From assembly GCA_964418975.1 (NCBI GenBank), contig CAYQNV010000081.1, positions 26,194-90,193 on the forward strand: a stretch of 64,000 bases of DNA, given 5' to 3'. This document shows, one piece after another, positions 1-8,467 of the stretch (its first letter is position 1; each line of letters opens with the position of its first letter). The translations under genes and the position numbers were made by a program. Under the pieces are notes generated by a model. The model did no database searches, had not been told where the DNA came from, and saw only the letters and a list, made by a program, of their open reading frames with translations. Origin of the DNA: an uncultured bacterium (lineage in GTDB: Bacteria > Eisenbacteria > RBG-16-71-46).

Positions 1-1
1 A

Positions 2-358
2 CTCGACGACCGATGGCGGATCGCGAACGCGCCGAGCACGAGCCCCGAGGGCGGCGGCGGAGTCGAGTTGCGTTGGGCCTCGGTCCAGAACTGGGAACTG
101 GCTGCTGGTGGCGTCATTCGCTCCCAGCGATATCGTCTCGCGGACAGCGGGACCAGCGTCGGGCGGATTGGCGAGTACAGCAGCATTCCGCTGTTCGCCC
201 GGTGCTCGCGGAACCTGGGGGCCCGATTCAAGGCTGACCTCTACCTCGGCGCGGCGGCGAGCGGGCGGCTGCGCATAAGGGATTCGTCGGGGCGCGAACT
301 CGCGTCGGTCGGCTCCGACACGGCCCCCGCGATGGCGGCAACGCTATCGCTCAGGTAG
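2..358 (+). CDS. Partial CDS (3' end), hypothetical protein. Frame open to window start; gene begins upstream of window
   Basis: Frame of ORF 68..358 has no stop back to nt 2. GC3 is ~80%, consistent with coding. The C-terminal sequence has beta-strand-like alternation. It converges on the minus-strand OMP gene with a 15-nt overlap. No homolog recognised. Confidence 0.3.
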   Translation, partial: LDDRWRIANAPSTSPEGGGGVELRWASVQNWELAAGGVIRSQRYRLADSGTSVGRIGEYSSIPLFARCSRNLGARFKADLYLGAAASGRLRIRDSSGRELASVGSDTAPAMAATLSLR

Positions 359-1489
359 GGCGACCAGGGCCCGGGCGGCAGGTCCGCGGTCGCGTCGCCA
401 CAGCTCGCCCGACAAGTCCAGGCTGAGGCCAGTCTGGTTCAGTGTGTAGCTGCCGATCTCGGAATCAAGCGGCGCCGTAGTTCCCAGCCTCGCGGCGCTC
501 CGCTCGAACCGGTGAAAACCGCGCACGCCCCACCGCCCTCGGCCCGAGACGCGCAACCCGATCTCCACGCCCTGAACCACATCCTCGCGCCCATGGTTAT
601 ATCGGTCTGCGGGACGGTCGGAGGTGTGCGTGCGATGCTCGAGCTGGTAGGCGAAGTCGGGAGTCCACGTCCAGTTGCCGGTCGCGTTGAGGGTCAGGCG
701 ACCGTCGACGGCCCCCTTGATCCCCCGATAGCTCAGGTCCGGCTCGCCGCCCACCGGTTCGCTGTCCGTGGCACGCGCTCGTCGCTCGACATAGCCGACG
801 CCCAATCTCACGCTCCCGGCGCGGGGCAGGTCGTCACGGCCGGTCTGGAGTTCGATCCGGTGGAAGTCGGAATCGCGTTCACGAAAGTCAGCCCCGTGTC
901 GCCTGCGTTCAAACCGGTAGCCGGGCTCGACCCACGCGCCTCGCAGCACCGGATGCCGCCAGGCGAGCGCGCCGCCCTGCAAGTTGTACCTCGCGTCGAG
1001 GTAACGTTCAGCAGCCGGCAGCGAAACCAAGTCGTCGTCATGGAGCCGGCGCAGGTATCGTTCCGGTGCCCCGGCATACGCGAGTGTGAGCCGTCGCCCG
1101 CCCACGAAGTGCTCGCGCCAGGTCACGTCCAACTCGCCGAAGTTCGCGATGCCGTTGGTGACGTGTACCTCGCCCTCGCCCCGGATCCGAATCGATCGTC
1201 GACGACCATCGCCGCGGTCGAGCTGCCATTGCAGAGCGAGGCTCGGCCGGGAGACGACGTCGTCCGGCTGCGTGATGCCATAGCGATAGGTGGACAACCC
1301 GGAGCCCAGGTCCGCCAGCTGCGGAACGGAGTACTTGAAGACGTTGTCGTCCCGGTAGGTGGCCCAGGCCGCGGAAAGCGTGAGCACCTGCTCCGGTGCC
1401 GCGCCGGCGGGGGCGGGGGCGGGAATCAATGCAAGTACTGCCGCAAGTGCGACTCTGCGCCACAGACGCCGCTTCCGCAGAGATGCCAC
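344..1489 (-). CDS. Putative outer-membrane beta-barrel protein (polysaccharide export candidate), GTG start at signal peptide
   Basis: Signal peptide VASLRKRRLWRRVALAAVLALIPAPAPAGAAP. The start was chosen at the GTG 8 nt downstream of the upstream gene's stop. Composition is rich in Y/R/G/T with alternating amphipathic segments typical of OM barrels. It is the last gene of the GT2 / beta-helix operon. No terminal aromatic residue, so the barrel call is inferential. Confidence 0.5.
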   Translation of the reverse strand: MASLRKRRLWRRVALAAVLALIPAPAPAGAAPEQVLTLSAAWATYRDDNVFKYSVPQLADLGSGLSTYRYGITQPDDVVSRPSLALQWQLDRGDGRRRSIRIRGEGEVHVTNGIANFGELDVTWREHFVGGRRLTLAYAGAPERYLRRLHDDDLVSLPAAERYLDARYNLQGGALAWRHPVLRGAWVEPGYRFERRRHGADFRERDSDFHRIELQTGRDDLPRAGSVRLGVGYVERRARATDSEPVGGEPDLSYRGIKGAVDGRLTLNATGNWTWTPDFAYQLEHRTHTSDRPADRYNHGREDVVQGVEIGLRVSGRGRWGVRGFHRFERSAARLGTTAPLDSEIGSYTLNQTGLSLDLSGELWRRDRGPAARALVALPER

Positions 1490-1497
1490 GAGTCGGT

Positions 1498-3879
1498 TCA
1501 CTTGTGGCTCCTCCGCTTCCGGCGCACCGACAACATCATCACGGGCGGGACGATCAGGACGATCGACCACACCAGCAGCGGCAGCAACGGCAGCCGCGGG
1601 CTGATCCATTGCCGGGTGCGGTTGTCCGTGGCAGCATCCGGCGAGAGGCCGGTGGCTTTGCCCACGTCGATGGCCTGCGACCCACGTCCACTGATGCGGT
1701 TGCGCCGCAGCGTGGTGAGATCCGCTCGACCCGCGATCACCAGGCCTCGGGCGGTGACGCCCTGGATCGCATTGTTCTCGACCACGTTGCCCACGGAGTT
1801 CTTGACCACGATCCCGCCCTGTCCCCCATGGATGCGATTGTCGACGACGTGATTGCCATCCGAACCGTCGTAGAGGTAGATCGCGGATTCTCGCGTGCCA
1901 CGGATCGTGTTCCCGGTCACCATGTTGCCCACCGACTGATGCAACCGGACGCCAAAGCGATTGTCATGCACGAGGTTGCCCCGCACCCAGCCGTGGTTGC
2001 CGCCCTGTAACGCGATGCCAACGTCGTTGTTCCACACCTCGTTCGTATCCACCACGTTTCCGGTCGAGGGGACAGCCTGGAGGTGGCGCGGATCGCCATC
2101 GTTCGCCACCTTGCCATCGTCGAGCATGATGCCGTGGCCGCGATTGGAGTAACTGAAGTTCCCACGCACGACGTTGCCACGACAACCGCGCGAGAAGATG
2201 ATGCCGTGGCTGCCATTGTCGTGGGCGCGATTCCCCGTGACGGTGAAGTAGTCGCTGTGATCGTGTGGGTCGAAGCCGTAGCCCGCATTGTTGGCGAACA
2301 CGTTGTCCGTCCATCGCATGCTGTCGGCTTCAAAGGTATAGGCCCCGATGAAGTTGCGTTCGAATCGGCAGTTCGCCACCGCGCCACGGCACTTGCCGCC
2401 GGCCCCGCCCTTCCACGCGGCGCCCGAGGTCCAACCCGTGCCGAATCCGAGGTCGGTGACGTCCGCCCGGCTCATGTCCATGGCTCCGCCCATCGCTGTG
2501 AGGAAAGCACGACCGTCCACGCCGATCCGGTCAGGGCCGCGCAGGGCTGGGTCCCACGATCGGATTCGGACGCGCGCTCGCTCGGCGCCGGCGATCTCCA
2601 CGCGGGCGCGCACGCCGACGAGGCTGGCGAGCCCGCGGGGACCACTGTAAAGGCGCAGCTCCTGCACCTCGGGGGCGCGGATCACCAAGCGGGCGTCGGG
2701 CCCCACCACCAGATGCTCGCGCAGCAACAGGGTGCCCGCTCCTACCGATTGGACTGACTGCGGGAAGCGCACCGCGAGCTCGGCGAGCGTGTAGGCCTTC
2801 CGCCGTCCGGGCAGCACCAGGCTCACGGGTCCGTGCTGCCCGTATGACGCCCGGAACGGCTGGCCGCGAGCGCCCGGCCGCTCAGAAACTTCGATGTTGT
2901 CGCGGATCCGGTTGTCCTTGCCCCATTCCGGCAGGGTCGACTGGACCATGACCGCGCGGGCGAAAGCGCCGGTCGGGTCGAACGTCCCCGAGTTGCCGAA
3001 CACCTGGTAGCGATTGCCCTTGAGGTCCACCCAGGAGTCGGCCGCGCCCGCGCCCGTGCCAAGGAAGACGTTGTCGGCAATGACGCCTTCGGTCGTGCCC
3101 TCCTTGGCATCGACGCACTCGGCGGCGATCCCTGGACCGATGACATTGCCGACGACGCGATTGCGGCTGCTGGCATCCGGCTGGCCCTGGCTGTACGTCT
3201 TCCAGTTGGAGGCCGCGCTGCCGATATAGACGCCCTCACCGAAGAGCGGCGACTTGAGGCCGACGTGGTGCACCCAGCTGCGCTCGAGCGTGTTGTCGGT
3301 GCTCGCGCTGCGGAAGTGGATTCCCTCCTCCCCGATTCCGGAGATCTCCAGATCGCGCAGGACATTGTGTCGTGCGCCGTCCGTCACGATGCCCTTGCTC
3401 GCATGGCGCACCGAGAATCCGAGCAAGTACCAGTGGCTGGCCTTGAGGTGAAAGCCATATCCCGACTCGATCGATCGCTGCTCGAGAATCGCTCCGCGGG
3501 GGCCGCACAGCGTGATCGGCGCTTCGGGAGTCCCCGAGCTGACGGCGACGAACGTGCCGCGGTAGACGCCTGGAGCGAGCCGAATATGGTCACCGGGGCG
3601 GGCGCTTGCCAGCGCGGCGTCGAGCGCCGCAGCGGACGCGACCGAGACTCGGCGCCGCTTGCTCATCGCGCACGCGTCTGGAGGATCTCCGCTCGGTGCC
3701 GGCGATCGGCGTGCCGAGTGGCCCTCGCCGCTTCGCTCCAACCGGACCATCTCGGTGATACGCGCACGCTCGGCGCGCAGTCTTCGTTCGATCCCAGGCT
3801 GCGGCGGGGCGTCGAACGCGGCAGTACCCGCCCACGAAACCGACAATGCCAGGGGTATCGCAAGGGACCGAAGCTTCAT
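1498..3879 (-). CDS. Secreted right-handed parallel beta-helix protein with two beta-helix modules, AlgG-like mannuronan C5-epimerase motif (YGFDPHD), C-terminal TM anchor
   Basis: Signal peptide MKLRSLAIPLALSVSWAGTAA. Many PbH1-type repeats (NxVxxNxIxxGxxGIxL pattern, e.g. NRAHDNGSHGIIF, NLVHDNRFGVRL, NRIHGGQGGIVV). A DPHD motif sits in GYGFDPHDHSDYF. The C-terminal hydrophobic stretch LPLLPLLVWSIVLIVPPVMMLSV is followed by RRKRRSHK. The ATG overlaps the GT2 stop (ATGA). Confidence 0.75.
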   Translation of the reverse strand: MKLRSLAIPLALSVSWAGTAAFDAPPQPGIERRLRAERARITEMVRLERSGEGHSARRSPAPSGDPPDACAMSKRRRVSVASAAALDAALASARPGDHIRLAPGVYRGTFVAVSSGTPEAPITLCGPRGAILEQRSIESGYGFHLKASHWYLLGFSVRHASKGIVTDGARHNVLRDLEISGIGEEGIHFRSASTDNTLERSWVHHVGLKSPLFGEGVYIGSAASNWKTYSQGQPDASSRNRVVGNVIGPGIAAECVDAKEGTTEGVIADNVFLGTGAGAADSWVDLKGNRYQVFGNSGTFDPTGAFARAVMVQSTLPEWGKDNRIRDNIEVSERPGARGQPFRASYGQHGPVSLVLPGRRKAYTLAELAVRFPQSVQSVGAGTLLLREHLVVGPDARLVIRAPEVQELRLYSGPRGLASLVGVRARVEIAGAERARVRIRSWDPALRGPDRIGVDGRAFLTAMGGAMDMSRADVTDLGFGTGWTSGAAWKGGAGGKCRGAVANCRFERNFIGAYTFEADSMRWTDNVFANNAGYGFDPHDHSDYFTVTGNRAHDNGSHGIIFSRGCRGNVVRGNFSYSNRGHGIMLDDGKVANDGDPRHLQAVPSTGNVVDTNEVWNNDVGIALQGGNHGWVRGNLVHDNRFGVRLHQSVGNMVTGNTIRGTRESAIYLYDGSDGNHVVDNRIHGGQGGIVVKNSVGNVVENNAIQGVTARGLVIAGRADLTTLRRNRISGRGSQAIDVGKATGLSPDAATDNRTRQWISPRLPLLPLLVWSIVLIVPPVMMLSVRRKRRSHK

Positions 3880-5141
3880 GGAAGCGTCGATTCCGAGGCG
3901 GCGTTGGAGGGCTGGCGCAGCGAGGCCTCGCTCTGCCCCTCGCCCGCCACGCGGTCGCTCGAACGAGTCAGCCAACCCTGCGTGTTCATGGTCAGTGCCG
4001 CCCAGGTCTTGATGGGCAATGCGATCAGGATGACGACCGCCGTCGTGAGTGGCAGCCAGAGAATGTCCCGGGGATGCTCACGCAGGTGCGAGACGCTGCG
4101 GATCGCGCGTCCGAGGAGCATGCCGGCCAGACCCAATCCCACCAGGTCCCACCGCTGGTGAGCCAGCGCCACCGCTGTGAAGGCCAGACCGCACAGCATC
4201 GACAGAGGCGTCAGCAGGATCTGCAGCACCGCGATCTGCGTCATGAGGGGCTGGCGCCAGAGCCAGCCGTGGTGGATCGCGGTCAGGTAGCAGCGATAGG
4301 AATTGCGGCTCCAGCGCAGCCGCTGTTTGACGAACGCGCCGAATGAACTCGGAAACATGGACCAAGCGCGCGCCGAGCCCTGGTACACCGTCTTGTAGCC
4401 GCTACTCAGCACCAGCCAGGTCAGCCGACCGTCGTCCCCCGCGTCGCATCGGCGCCCGAGGAAGTGTTCGTGTTCGAGCTCAGGCAGCAGCGGGAGGATC
4501 ACTTGTCGGCGATACGCAGCCGTCCGTCCAGAGAGGCAGGCGACGCCGCCCGCCATCCCCTGCGAGGGCACGTAATCGAGGTAACGCGTATTGACGAGCC
4601 AGTCGGCGACGACCCGCCACACACTCGTCTGGCGGCCGATCGCATTCTGGCGAGTGCCGACCCCACCGACCGACGGATCGACGAATGGCATCTGTACCGC
4701 CGCGAGCAACCCCGGTTCCCAGGCGGTGTCCGAATCCACGAGCACCACCGTCCCGTGCCGCGCGGCACGAACACCCACGCCCAGCGCCGATCGTTTGCCC
4801 CGGTGCAGAAAGGGAATGACCTTCACGCGATCATCGAGGTCGCGCTTGAGTCGTTCGAGAACCGCGACATCGCCGAGGTCGACGATCAGGAGGATCTCAT
4901 CCGGATCCTCGGCGAGCCAGGACCCGAGGCAGCGCATCAGGACGTCCGGATCCTCACGGTAGACCGGCACCACGACCGACGTGCTGGACCTGTGATCGTT
5001 GACGAGCGGGCGGTATCGACGCGCGATCGCCCAGCGGACCGCCCACACGGTCCACGAGACGAGTCCGAACACCCCCATCGGGAGCAGGTACCAGAAGCGC
5101 TCCAACAGCTGTCCTGGTTCCAGGCTCCACGGCTCGAGCAC
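3876..5141 (-). CDS. Family-2 processive membrane glycosyltransferase (HasA/NodC/PgaC/Alg8-like synthase)
   Basis: N-terminal TM, then VVVPVYRED. DxD in VLVDSDTAW. QxxRW in KQRLRWSRNS. Multiple C-terminal TM helices. 421 aa, typical of stand-alone synthase/translocases. Confidence 0.85.
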   Translation of the reverse strand: MLEPWSLEPGQLLERFWYLLPMGVFGLVSWTVWAVRWAIARRYRPLVNDHRSSTSVVVPVYREDPDVLMRCLGSWLAEDPDEILLIVDLGDVAVLERLKRDLDDRVKVIPFLHRGKRSALGVGVRAARHGTVVLVDSDTAWEPGLLAAVQMPFVDPSVGGVGTRQNAIGRQTSVWRVVADWLVNTRYLDYVPSQGMAGGVACLSGRTAAYRRQVILPLLPELEHEHFLGRRCDAGDDGRLTWLVLSSGYKTVYQGSARAWSMFPSSFGAFVKQRLRWSRNSYRCYLTAIHHGWLWRQPLMTQIAVLQILLTPLSMLCGLAFTAVALAHQRWDLVGLGLAGMLLGRAIRSVSHLREHPRDILWLPLTTAVVILIALPIKTWAALTMNTQGWLTRSSDRVAGEGQSEASLRQPSNAASESTLP

Positions 5142-5316
5142 GGATGCACTCCGTCAGGGCGAAGGATTCCATCCGTGGACGAGGGGCCGTCTCCGCGGCA
5201 TGATATGTATTCACACCGAGCGCCGCAACGATTTTCACGGCCGTGATTTCGGCAATCGAGCGTCACCAGGGAGGCGAACGGCAGCTTTGCGTCTCGCGGT
5301 CGCCGGCTCACGCGCT

Positions 5317-7779
5317 TCAGCGGCGCGGGGACTCGTCTGCCAGCAAGCGTACGAATTCCGGGTCGACAGCGAGCAAGCGAAACTCGTCCTCGTCGCGTAG
5401 GAGTTTTCGCGAGATGCCGAGTGCGATCGCCCTCCGCACCGCGGCGATAGCCGCATCACGCCGACCACACACCGCGTGGACCATGGCCACGGAGTGAGTG
5501 CTTTGCGCATCCTGCTCAGGCAGGCTGGGGAGGAGGCCCTTGAGAAAGCGCTCGGATCGCTCGCAGTCTCCTGCCTTGGCGAGACAGAGCACATAGCGCA
5601 TGCCGATGTCCCGGCTGTCCGGATTCACTGCCAGCTCCGATTCCAAGAGTCGCGCCGCCGCGCCGTACTCGGCCCGCGCCGCGTCGGTCCGCTGCTGCCG
5701 CACGTAGAGGTCTCCCAGATTCTGGCGCCTCGTGGAATGATTGGGTTCCAGGCGTACCGCGAGCCGGTAGTACTTCTCGGCTTCGTCCAGGCGTCGTGCG
5801 AAGAAGTAAGCCGTGCCGATGTTCGAGGCGAGGGTGCCGTCCATGGCTGGAGCCGGGAGGCGCTCGTATGCGGCGATCGCCTCGTCATACTTCCCTTCCA
5901 GCATTGCCAGCGCGGCAAGTTGCTCGTAGCCGCGATTCAGCTCGGGGGCGAGCTTGACGATATCCTCGAACGCGGCCCGGGCCCCGGCGTAGTCCCCCTT
6001 CCGGATGAGTAGTGCGCCAAGCGAGTTCCAGTTTTTCCAGTAGCCCGGGCGCAGCTCGATCGCACGTCGGATACTCGGCTGGGCGCTCACCAGCTCGCCC
6101 GCGTCGCGGTAGGCCGCTGCAAGGTGGAGATGGGCTTCGTCCCAGTTGGGGCTGGCGCTCAGGATCCCTCCCAACTCGGCGATGGACTCGGCGTAGCGAC
6201 CGGAGCCGCGATAGATCTGTGCCCGAGCGAGCCGAGCTTCGAGGAGACCGGGGTTCAATTGGATCGCGCGGTCCGACGCTGTTTCCGCCTGGCGGAACAG
6301 CTCGGGGTCCTTGGTGCGGGCATGGAGCCGAAACAGCGCCTTGCTGAGGCCGGCGTGCGCGAGCGCGAACCGCGGGTCGAGCGCGATGGCCTTGGCGTAG
6401 AGTTCGACCGCCCGTTCGGGACCTTTGAGACCGTCGGCGAGATCCAGAAAGCGGCCGGCCTGGAGATAGGCGTCGTAGGCTGCGGTTGATCGGGTGGGCG
6501 CGGAGGCGAGCTCGATCGACTCCGCGGCGGACGTGTGCCCGGAGAGCGCTCGTGCGACATCGCGGACCAACTCCCGCTCGAGCCGGATCAGGTCGTCGCC
6601 GGCGCGCTCGAACCTTCCAGTCCACAGCACGAAACCGTTCCGGCCGTCCACGAGCCGAGCGTCGAGCTGGAGTTTGTCGCCGCGTCGCCGGATCGTGCCC
6701 TCGAGCACGGCGCTCACACCGAGCTCCCTGGCGATCGCCTTGACGCCCTGCTCGCGCTTCCGGAAGCTCCATGCCGTGGTGTGGCTCACCACATTGAGCT
6801 GGGGCACGCGCACCAGATCGCTCAGGACCTCCGACGCGATGCCCTCGCACAGGTACTCGAGCTGTGAATCACCCGTGAGGTTGGCAAACGGCAGCACGAG
6901 GAGACTGCGGGGCACTGCCGGCGGGCGGTCCCCAAACCACAGCACGGAGATCACCGCTGCGACGCCGACGAGCCCTGCGCCCCTCACGAGCACGCGCCTC
7001 CGCGATCTCGGCGTCGACTTCTGGTCTGGAGCCGCAAGCGCCAAGGCGAACAGCGAGGCGGTGCTGAAACGATCCGCTGGCGCCTTGGCAAGCGCCTTGG
7101 TGATGGCCTGCGACACCAACGCCGGGACCGTCGAACGCAACACCGTGACCGGGCGCGGCTCCACGACGAGGTGTTGATGCACGAGGCTCTCGGCGCTGGG
7201 TCCGGTGAAGGGTGGTTGCCCCGCCAGCATCTCGTACAGGACGCAGCCGAGGGAGTAGAGATCGGAACGTCTATCGAGATCCTTGGAGCCGGCGACCTGC
7301 TCGGGGCTCATGTACGCCGGCGTCCCCAGCACCATCCCGCCGGTCGTCGCCGAGTGACTGCCGGCCATGTCGATCGCCCGCGCAATCCCGAAGTCCGCGA
7401 CCACCGCATGTCCGCTCTCCAACAGGATGTTCTCGGGTTTGATGTCGCGGTGGACCACATCATGGCTGTGGGCGTGGCTCAGTGCGTCGGCGATCTCGCG
7501 GGCGATCTGCAGCGCGTCGTCGAGTGGAAGCTGCTTCTCGCGTGTGAGCCTTGCCCGGAGCGACTCGCCTTCCACGAACGGCATGACGTAGTAGAGGAAG
7601 CCGCCCGCCTCGCCGGAGTCGTGTAAGGGCAGGATGTGGGGATGATTGAGCCCGGCCACGATCTGGATCTCGCGCAGGAACCGCTCCGGGCCGATCTCCG
7701 CCGCCAACTCCGGGCGGAGCACCTTGAGAGCGACCTGACGGCGATGCCGGAGATCCTCGGCCAGGAACACCACCGCCAT
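5317..7779 (-). CDS. Ser/Thr protein kinase (Hanks-type) + TM + TolB-N-like periplasmic sensor + TPR repeats. N-terminus disrupted: the canonical ATG at 7857 is followed by an in-frame TAG at 7831-7833
   Basis: Kinase motifs VALKVL, HRDIKPENILL, DFGIA. The TM segment is followed by LVLPFANLTGD...YLCEGIASEV. TPR-like repeats fill the C-terminal half. The ORF track begins at an internal Met inside the Gly-rich loop (GEGGMAVVF). Confidence 0.8.
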   Translation of the reverse strand: MAVVFLAEDLRHRRQVALKVLRPELAAEIGPERFLREIQIVAGLNHPHILPLHDSGEAGGFLYYVMPFVEGESLRARLTREKQLPLDDALQIAREIADALSHAHSHDVVHRDIKPENILLESGHAVVADFGIARAIDMAGSHSATTGGMVLGTPAYMSPEQVAGSKDLDRRSDLYSLGCVLYEMLAGQPPFTGPSAESLVHQHLVVEPRPVTVLRSTVPALVSQAITKALAKAPADRFSTASLFALALAAPDQKSTPRSRRRVLVRGAGLVGVAAVISVLWFGDRPPAVPRSLLVLPFANLTGDSQLEYLCEGIASEVLSDLVRVPQLNVVSHTTAWSFRKREQGVKAIARELGVSAVLEGTIRRRGDKLQLDARLVDGRNGFVLWTGRFERAGDDLIRLERELVRDVARALSGHTSAAESIELASAPTRSTAAYDAYLQAGRFLDLADGLKGPERAVELYAKAIALDPRFALAHAGLSKALFRLHARTKDPELFRQAETASDRAIQLNPGLLEARLARAQIYRGSGRYAESIAELGGILSASPNWDEAHLHLAAAYRDAGELVSAQPSIRRAIELRPGYWKNWNSLGALLIRKGDYAGARAAFEDIVKLAPELNRGYEQLAALAMLEGKYDEAIAAYERLPAPAMDGTLASNIGTAYFFARRLDEAEKYYRLAVRLEPNHSTRRQNLGDLYVRQQRTDAARAEYGAAARLLESELAVNPDSRDIGMRYVLCLAKAGDCERSERFLKGLLPSLPEQDAQSTHSVAMVHAVCGRRDAAIAAVRRAIALGISRKLLRDEDEFRLLAVDPEFVRLLADESPRR

Positions 7780-7954
7780 CCCGCCTTCGCCCAGCTTGTG
7801 CAGGAGGTGGTAGCGGGCGGCCAGCGATTCCTAGAGTCGTCCGAGCAGATCGATCATTTGCGTCTCGCTCCGAACCAGCCGACTTCCCGTCGGCTGGTCC
7901 GCCGACGTCGGTACGGGCCCTCACATCCAAACTCCGTGGCGTCCTCCTTGGCCT

Positions 7955-8401
7955 TCAGCGCGTGTGAGAATCGCCTTCGCCGTGTTCCCTCATGTGACCC
8001 CAATGTGTACCCGGAAGCTCGCTGACGTAGACGTGCAGGGCCTCTCCACCACCCGGCGAATGGGCCCGGATCACCATGAGCGCCGAACCGACCTTCGTGA
8101 CGGCGTCGGCGATCCTGCCCACCCGCCCCAGCCCTTCGATCGCGTCGCCCGCCACGACCCGGCACCAAGGGGGACAACGAATGGGAGGCACCTTGGGAAG
8201 GGGTTCATCGTCTCCCGTGGGGAAGGCGAGCTCCAATGCGGCCTGTACCGCCGGGTCCGAGACCGGAATCCCCGAACTCAGAAGTCCCCGACTCTTGAGG
8301 TCCTTGCCCACAGCGGCGATGACGTCGCTGTAGTAGCGAAACGAATTCTCTACACCGCGGCACTTGAGCCACAGCTCCTCGAGCGAGATGAACTCCGGCA
8401 T
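7955..8401 (-). CDS. Hypothetical small protein (148 aa) between two kinase genes
   Basis: ATG preceded by GGAGG at -7. N-terminal 70 aa have balanced protein-like composition (MPEFISLEELWLKCRGVENSFRYYSDVIAAVGKDLKS...). Same strand as the flanking kinases. The overlapping plus-strand ORF 7964..8485 is R/H/P-rich and judged wrong-frame. Confidence 0.4.
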   Translation of the reverse strand: MPEFISLEELWLKCRGVENSFRYYSDVIAAVGKDLKSRGLLSSGIPVSDPAVQAALELAFPTGDDEPLPKVPPIRCPPWCRVVAGDAIEGLGRVGRIADAVTKVGSALMVIRAHSPGGGEALHVYVSELPGTHWGHMREHGEGDSHTR

Positions 8402-8467
8402 GGCGACCTCCGTTGTGGGTGTGGCACGGCCCCGTGGATGAGCGCTCCGGACGACTGCTCCGAATGT

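Noticed and set aside
5885-6850. 321-aa ORF inside the TPR region of kinase K1 (also 8978..9931, 10373..11518, 23370..24215, 47338..48336, 51157..52161, 52177..53139, 55720..56937 alternative frames)
   Set aside because: Alternative-frame or antisense ORFs nested within long confidently assigned genes. Compositionally aberrant (poly-R/P/G). These are expected at ~70% GC.
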